Virus record (IMG/VR): IMGVR_UViG_3300037042_006844
Coordinates: 62,001-126,000 of that record
Reading direction: 5' to 3' (one strand)
DNA: 64,000 bases
How positions within the stretch are numbered: the first letter of the stretch is position 1; each line of letters begins with the position of its first letter. This document shows, piece after piece, positions 60,218 through 64,000 of the stretch. The position numbers and the translations under genes were made by a program. The notes beneath the pieces were generated by a model. It searched no databases and was not told the DNA's origin. It saw only the letters and a list, made by a program, of their open reading frames with translations.

Positions 60218-60458
60218 TTTTTTGTGTTTTGTTTTTCGTTGTGTGCCGCACGTTATTGTGCGTCGATCACACTACTAATATAACACGGTTCCATTAAACG
60301 TCAACAGTTTCCAACACTATTCCGCCATTTAGTTGCAAATCATTGATTATCAATAGCTTACACAGCCCGGCGGCCGGGTCACAGCATCCAAAACTTTTTT
60401 CAAAATAATTGCACGAAGCTGTTGACTTTGTCTGTGGATTTGCTATACTTTTCTCACG

Positions 60459-60806
60459 ATGAACGCAGAAACCAAGTCCTTCATTCAACTGAAACTGGCG
60501 ACCAATGTCGCATGGGCGACCCGCGCCGTGGCGATGATCTACACGCTCCAAACCGCCGATGAGCAGGAGAGCGGCACAACCCACAACCTCAACGGTGTCG
60601 GGTTCAGCGGGTGCGATGCTGAGATTTTGAGCAGCTTCGCGAAGCAACTCGCCAAGGGACGCACGTTGAGCGCAAAGCAGATGGCGATTGTGTTCCGCAA
60701 GATGCCGCGCTACTGGCGGCAAGTGGCGGGTTTCATCCCGCAGGACAAGATGGATGCCATTGAGGCGCAAGCCAAGCTGGCACTGCCCGTGGCAGCTAAG
60801 GCGTAG
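60459..60806 (+). CDS. conserved phage hypothetical protein
   Basis: QTADE...NGVGF...D...SFA..LSAKQ; promoter TTGACT..TATACT. Confidence 0.75.
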   Translation: MNAETKSFIQLKLATNVAWATRAVAMIYTLQTADEQESGTTHNLNGVGFSGCDAEILSSFAKQLAKGRTLSAKQMAIVFRKMPRYWRQVAGFIPQDKMDAIEAQAKLALPVAAKA

Positions 60807-61185
60807 CCCGCCAATACATAGCGAGTTGCCATGCTGCCGAAAGGCAGCTTTTTTGTGGCCAGGTTTCTTATCCATATTCAAGCTATTTGACACGGTGAAA
60901 ATCGATGTTACCATCTATCATATGAACGTATTCGATTTCTATAAATCTATCACCTGCAGCATTGCAGATTATTTGATCTTTATAGCATCAATGGCTGTGC
61001 TGTATCTGGCGTTTAGTGTGATCGTGACATTTCTGGTTGACCAGTTTTGCAAAATTATTATGTTCATTCGCGCCCCCATCCGCATCCCCGAAACCGACAG
61101 CAATAGTAATAAGAATAAAACAACTAATTCAGTGGAATAAGTTCCCGATTGACTTTCGCCGAATCGGGGTTATACTTTAGGAACA

Positions 61186-62544
61186 ATGAATTTGGATCAA
61201 TTGCTTGAACCTCAACGGGATCATGCTGTGCGTGGTCTCAACAGTCTGTTGCTCAACGGTGCTTTTGCCGATTTGAGCGAAACCGGTTGTGGCAAGACTT
61301 ATGTCGCATCATGGCTCGCCAAACACCTAAACGTCCCCGTGGTTGTCGTTTGCCCGAAAGTGGTCAAGCGCAACTGGACCAAAGTTTTGGGGTCGTTTGG
61401 CATCAAAGCCAATGTCGTTATCAATTTTGAGCTTCTCATGCGCGGCAACACTCCGCATTTGACGTTTAAGAATGGGAAGGACGACAACTCCAGTTTCTAT
61501 CAGATTCACTTCCCCAAGGATGCCCTTATCATCATCGATGAGGTTCACAAGTGCAAGGGTTGGAACAGCAAGAACAGCGATTTTCTGGTTGCTTGCAAGC
61601 AACAAGGTTTCAAGCTGTTGCTGTTGAGCGCAACTGCTGCGACCAATCCTTTGGAGATGCGTTCTTTTGGGTTTGCAACTCTGCTGCACGATCTCACGAA
61701 TTTTCGCAAGTTTCTGGCAGATGCTGGTGCATACACCAGTCGTTTCGGTGGATACCAGATTGATTTGACTTGTGACCGGACGCTCAAAGCGATGGGCAAC
61801 ATGCACCTTGATTTGTTCACCAAGCTGGAAATTGCTGGACGTATGACCCGCAAACAATTTGGCAAGATTTTCCCGGATAATCGGGTGATTGCCGATGCGT
61901 TTGACATGGGGACCAATACCGCCAAGATTCAGAAAGTGTATGAAATCATGGAGCGGGAGCTTGCGCAACTCGAAGAATCGAGCCGTCATTATAAGGAACA
62001 CCAGTTCGCTATCATGACCAAAGCTCGTCGTCTGGCGGAACTGCTCAAGGTTCCCACGATGGTCGAGATGATTGAGGATCTATTCGATGAAGGCATCAGC
62101 CCCGTTTGTTTCGTAAACTACACCGAGACTGTGGATGCGATTCGAAGCAAGCTGGAAAAGAACAGCAAGCTGGCGAATCACCTCAACTTTATTGTTGGTG
62201 GTCAGAGCGAAAAGGTGCGCAATGCTGGCATCGATGCTTTCCAGAACAATACTCGTCGGATCATGATTGCCAACCTTGCAGCTGGCAACGCGGGTGTGGA
62301 TTTGCACGATTTGCTGGGCGGGCATGGTCGTCATTCGATCATCAGCCCGAGCTTTAGCGCGATTCATTTGATCCAGGCTCTGGGTCGTATTCACCGTGCA
62401 GAGGGCAAAACCCCTTGCATCCAAACGATTCTGTTTGCTCTTGGCACGATTGAGGAAGTGGCATGTAAACGAGTTCAAGCCAAGATTAACAACACCGACA
62501 TGTTGAATGACGGTGATTTGACTAGTGGTATCAAGATTATATAA
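61186..62544 (+). CDS. superfamily 2 (SNF2-like) helicase
   Basis: TGCGKT, DEVH, SAT, QALGRIHR. Confidence 0.9.
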   Translation: MNLDQLLEPQRDHAVRGLNSLLLNGAFADLSETGCGKTYVASWLAKHLNVPVVVVCPKVVKRNWTKVLGSFGIKANVVINFELLMRGNTPHLTFKNGKDDNSSFYQIHFPKDALIIIDEVHKCKGWNSKNSDFLVACKQQGFKLLLLSATAATNPLEMRSFGFATLLHDLTNFRKFLADAGAYTSRFGGYQIDLTCDRTLKAMGNMHLDLFTKLEIAGRMTRKQFGKIFPDNRVIADAFDMGTNTAKIQKVYEIMERELAQLEESSRHYKEHQFAIMTKARRLAELLKVPTMVEMIEDLFDEGISPVCFVNYTETVDAIRSKLEKNSKLANHLNFIVGGQSEKVRNAGIDAFQNNTRRIMIANLAAGNAGVDLHDLLGGHGRHSIISPSFSAIHLIQALGRIHRAEGKTPCIQTILFALGTIEEVACKRVQAKINNTDMLNDGDLTSGIKII

Positions 62545-62937
62545 GAAACATATGGCAACGAAAATCGTAGCAGTTTGGTATCCATTGAATACTGTCCGGG
62601 CAGGCCGCCGGGAGGTCATGACCGTCGAGAGCGATGCCGACATCAAAAAAGCGTTCGGTCTTTTATTGTTCGACAAAGCTGCCAACAATCTGTTGGTGAA
62701 TTATGGTGGTAAACTGTATATCATCGAGGCAACCGACAGAATTAAACGCATTTACACCCGTCGAGTGACGGAGTATCATCCTTTGAGCGACATGGTCAAA
62801 ATCTAGGTCGCTCATCTTCAACGGGGTTAACCTCCCCGTTATCTACAAAAACAAAAGGTCATTTCATTGTGGTTTCTCGCCCGTCTAACCTAAAAAGACG
62901 GGCATTTCTTTTGTCCACATGCATATGTATATGATAT

Positions 62938-63165
62938 ATGCCACCACAACCGCCGCCAACAGAATGGAAAACCGGAAGCATCGACATACGAGGCTTGCAA
63001 ACCAAATTGCAATCCTATGTGATCGTGCGTTCCAAATACAATGACCCGAGCTTGCCGTTGCTGCAAGACTTGATTAATGCTATAATCGCCAACCTTCAGA
63101 GCCTACAAACGCAGATAAATACTGGAGCAACCGTGGTGAATCTGCACACGTTCTGGGGATTGTAA
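62938..63165 (+). CDS. hypothetical protein
   Basis: late-type motif upstream. Confidence 0.5.
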   Translation: MPPQPPPTEWKTGSIDIRGLQTKLQSYVIVRSKYNDPSLPLLQDLINAIIANLQSLQTQINTGATVVNLHTFWGL

Positions 63166-63292
63166 GCGCAATCCTGGCCAGGATTGTTATGCAAAAAGCC
63201 CCAACAGTGGAATAAATCCGTTGGGGCTTTGTCTTTCTGTGTGTCTCACAAAATCAACGGGAATATGACAAACTCGTTGGTCATGAAAGAAT

Positions 63293-63625
63293 CTAGTTTT
63301 TATCCCACCGCTTGCGCCATTTTTCTTTTTCTGATACCTTTTTGCCAGCCTCGGTGATTTCATATATCGGCTGACCATCGTCATCGCTGCCAACCACTTC
63401 TACATATCCTTTGCTGCAAAGATACTCCATCTGAATAGCATGGATGAATTGCGTGGCAAGCTCTCGATCCATACCAGTAGTTTTCATTAAATCACATAAT
63501 GTGTTTTCGATTGTGACTTCTGTTTCCACAGCATCTGAATCTTTTGATAAACAATGTGCTAGAAACTCGTCGTTTGTGCCAGAGAAAAAATCAGGGAATA
63601 TAGTGCTATTGATCAATCTGTTCAT
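63293..63625 (-). CDS. hypothetical protein
   Basis: ATGA overlap with upstream ORF. Confidence 0.55.
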   Translation of the reverse strand: MNRLINSTIFPDFFSGTNDEFLAHCLSKDSDAVETEVTIENTLCDLMKTTGMDRELATQFIHAIQMEYLCSKGYVEVVGSDDDGQPIYEITEAGKKVSEKEKWRKRWDKN

Positions 63626-64000
63626 ATGATTGATGTTACCGCCGATTTTTCGGGTGTCAACTTGAAAAACTCCCGATACGCCGACCGAGGAATTTTCTGT
63701 TTCGGATATAAATTCCGCAATTCTTTTCCCGCAACAAATCGAACTTTTATTGTTGGAAACTCGGTGATGTCGGTGATTATGTATATCAATTCATCATAAA
63801 TCTTTCGGTCTGCCGGTGACGCATGAACAGGATCATGAATCTTTCGACCACTGCCCACCATAAAGCTTGGAGCGAAATTGCAGCCACCTTTGGTAAAACA
63901 TTTATGTTCAAAATATGTTTGATCCACTTTGTGCATGTGATCAAAGCCAGATCCATTGACATAATCCAAACAGTCGAACCATTTGGTCAATTGCAATTGA
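63622..64000 (-). CDS. hypothetical protein (5' end outside window)
   Basis: open frame, possible nuclease-like. Confidence 0.5.
   Translation of the reverse strand, partial: QLQLTKWFDCLDYVNGSGFDHMHKVDQTYFEHKCFTKGGCNFAPSFMVGSGRKIHDPVHASPADRKIYDELIYIITDITEFPTIKVRFVAGKELRNLYPKQKIPRSAYREFFKLTPEKSAVTSII

Noticed and set aside
54644-60283. Long plus-strand ORFs 54644-55609 and 59357-60283
   Set aside because: Shadows of minus-strand genes that have promoters and recognisable motifs.

Overview
Segment of a huge (jumbo/mega) phage genome, mostly on the minus strand. Left part (1-~44.8 kb, AT-rich): a gp55-like late sigma factor, tail-fibre genes (one with a C-terminal Hint domain), PhoH, a tmRNA, a compact RNase P RNA, a tetraheme cytochrome c, FeoA, a beta-barrel porin and an RNA ligase. 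It also holds about 45 tRNA/tRNA-like genes in two arrays, interleaved with glycosyltransferase, methyltransferase and radical-SAM genes and homing endonucleases. A repeat block at ~44.9-45.4 kb marks a compositional boundary (possible terminus/origin). Right part (GC-richer): small early-type genes with individual sigma70 promoters, an ncRNA cluster and an SF2 helicase. Main discovery candidate: each tRNA array is preceded by a leader-peptide attenuator (17480-17614 and 35847-35986) whose codons match the amino-acid specificities of the tRNAs downstream. This suggests a phage circuit that senses tRNA depletion and switches on the matching tRNA supply. All calls were made by eye without database searches.
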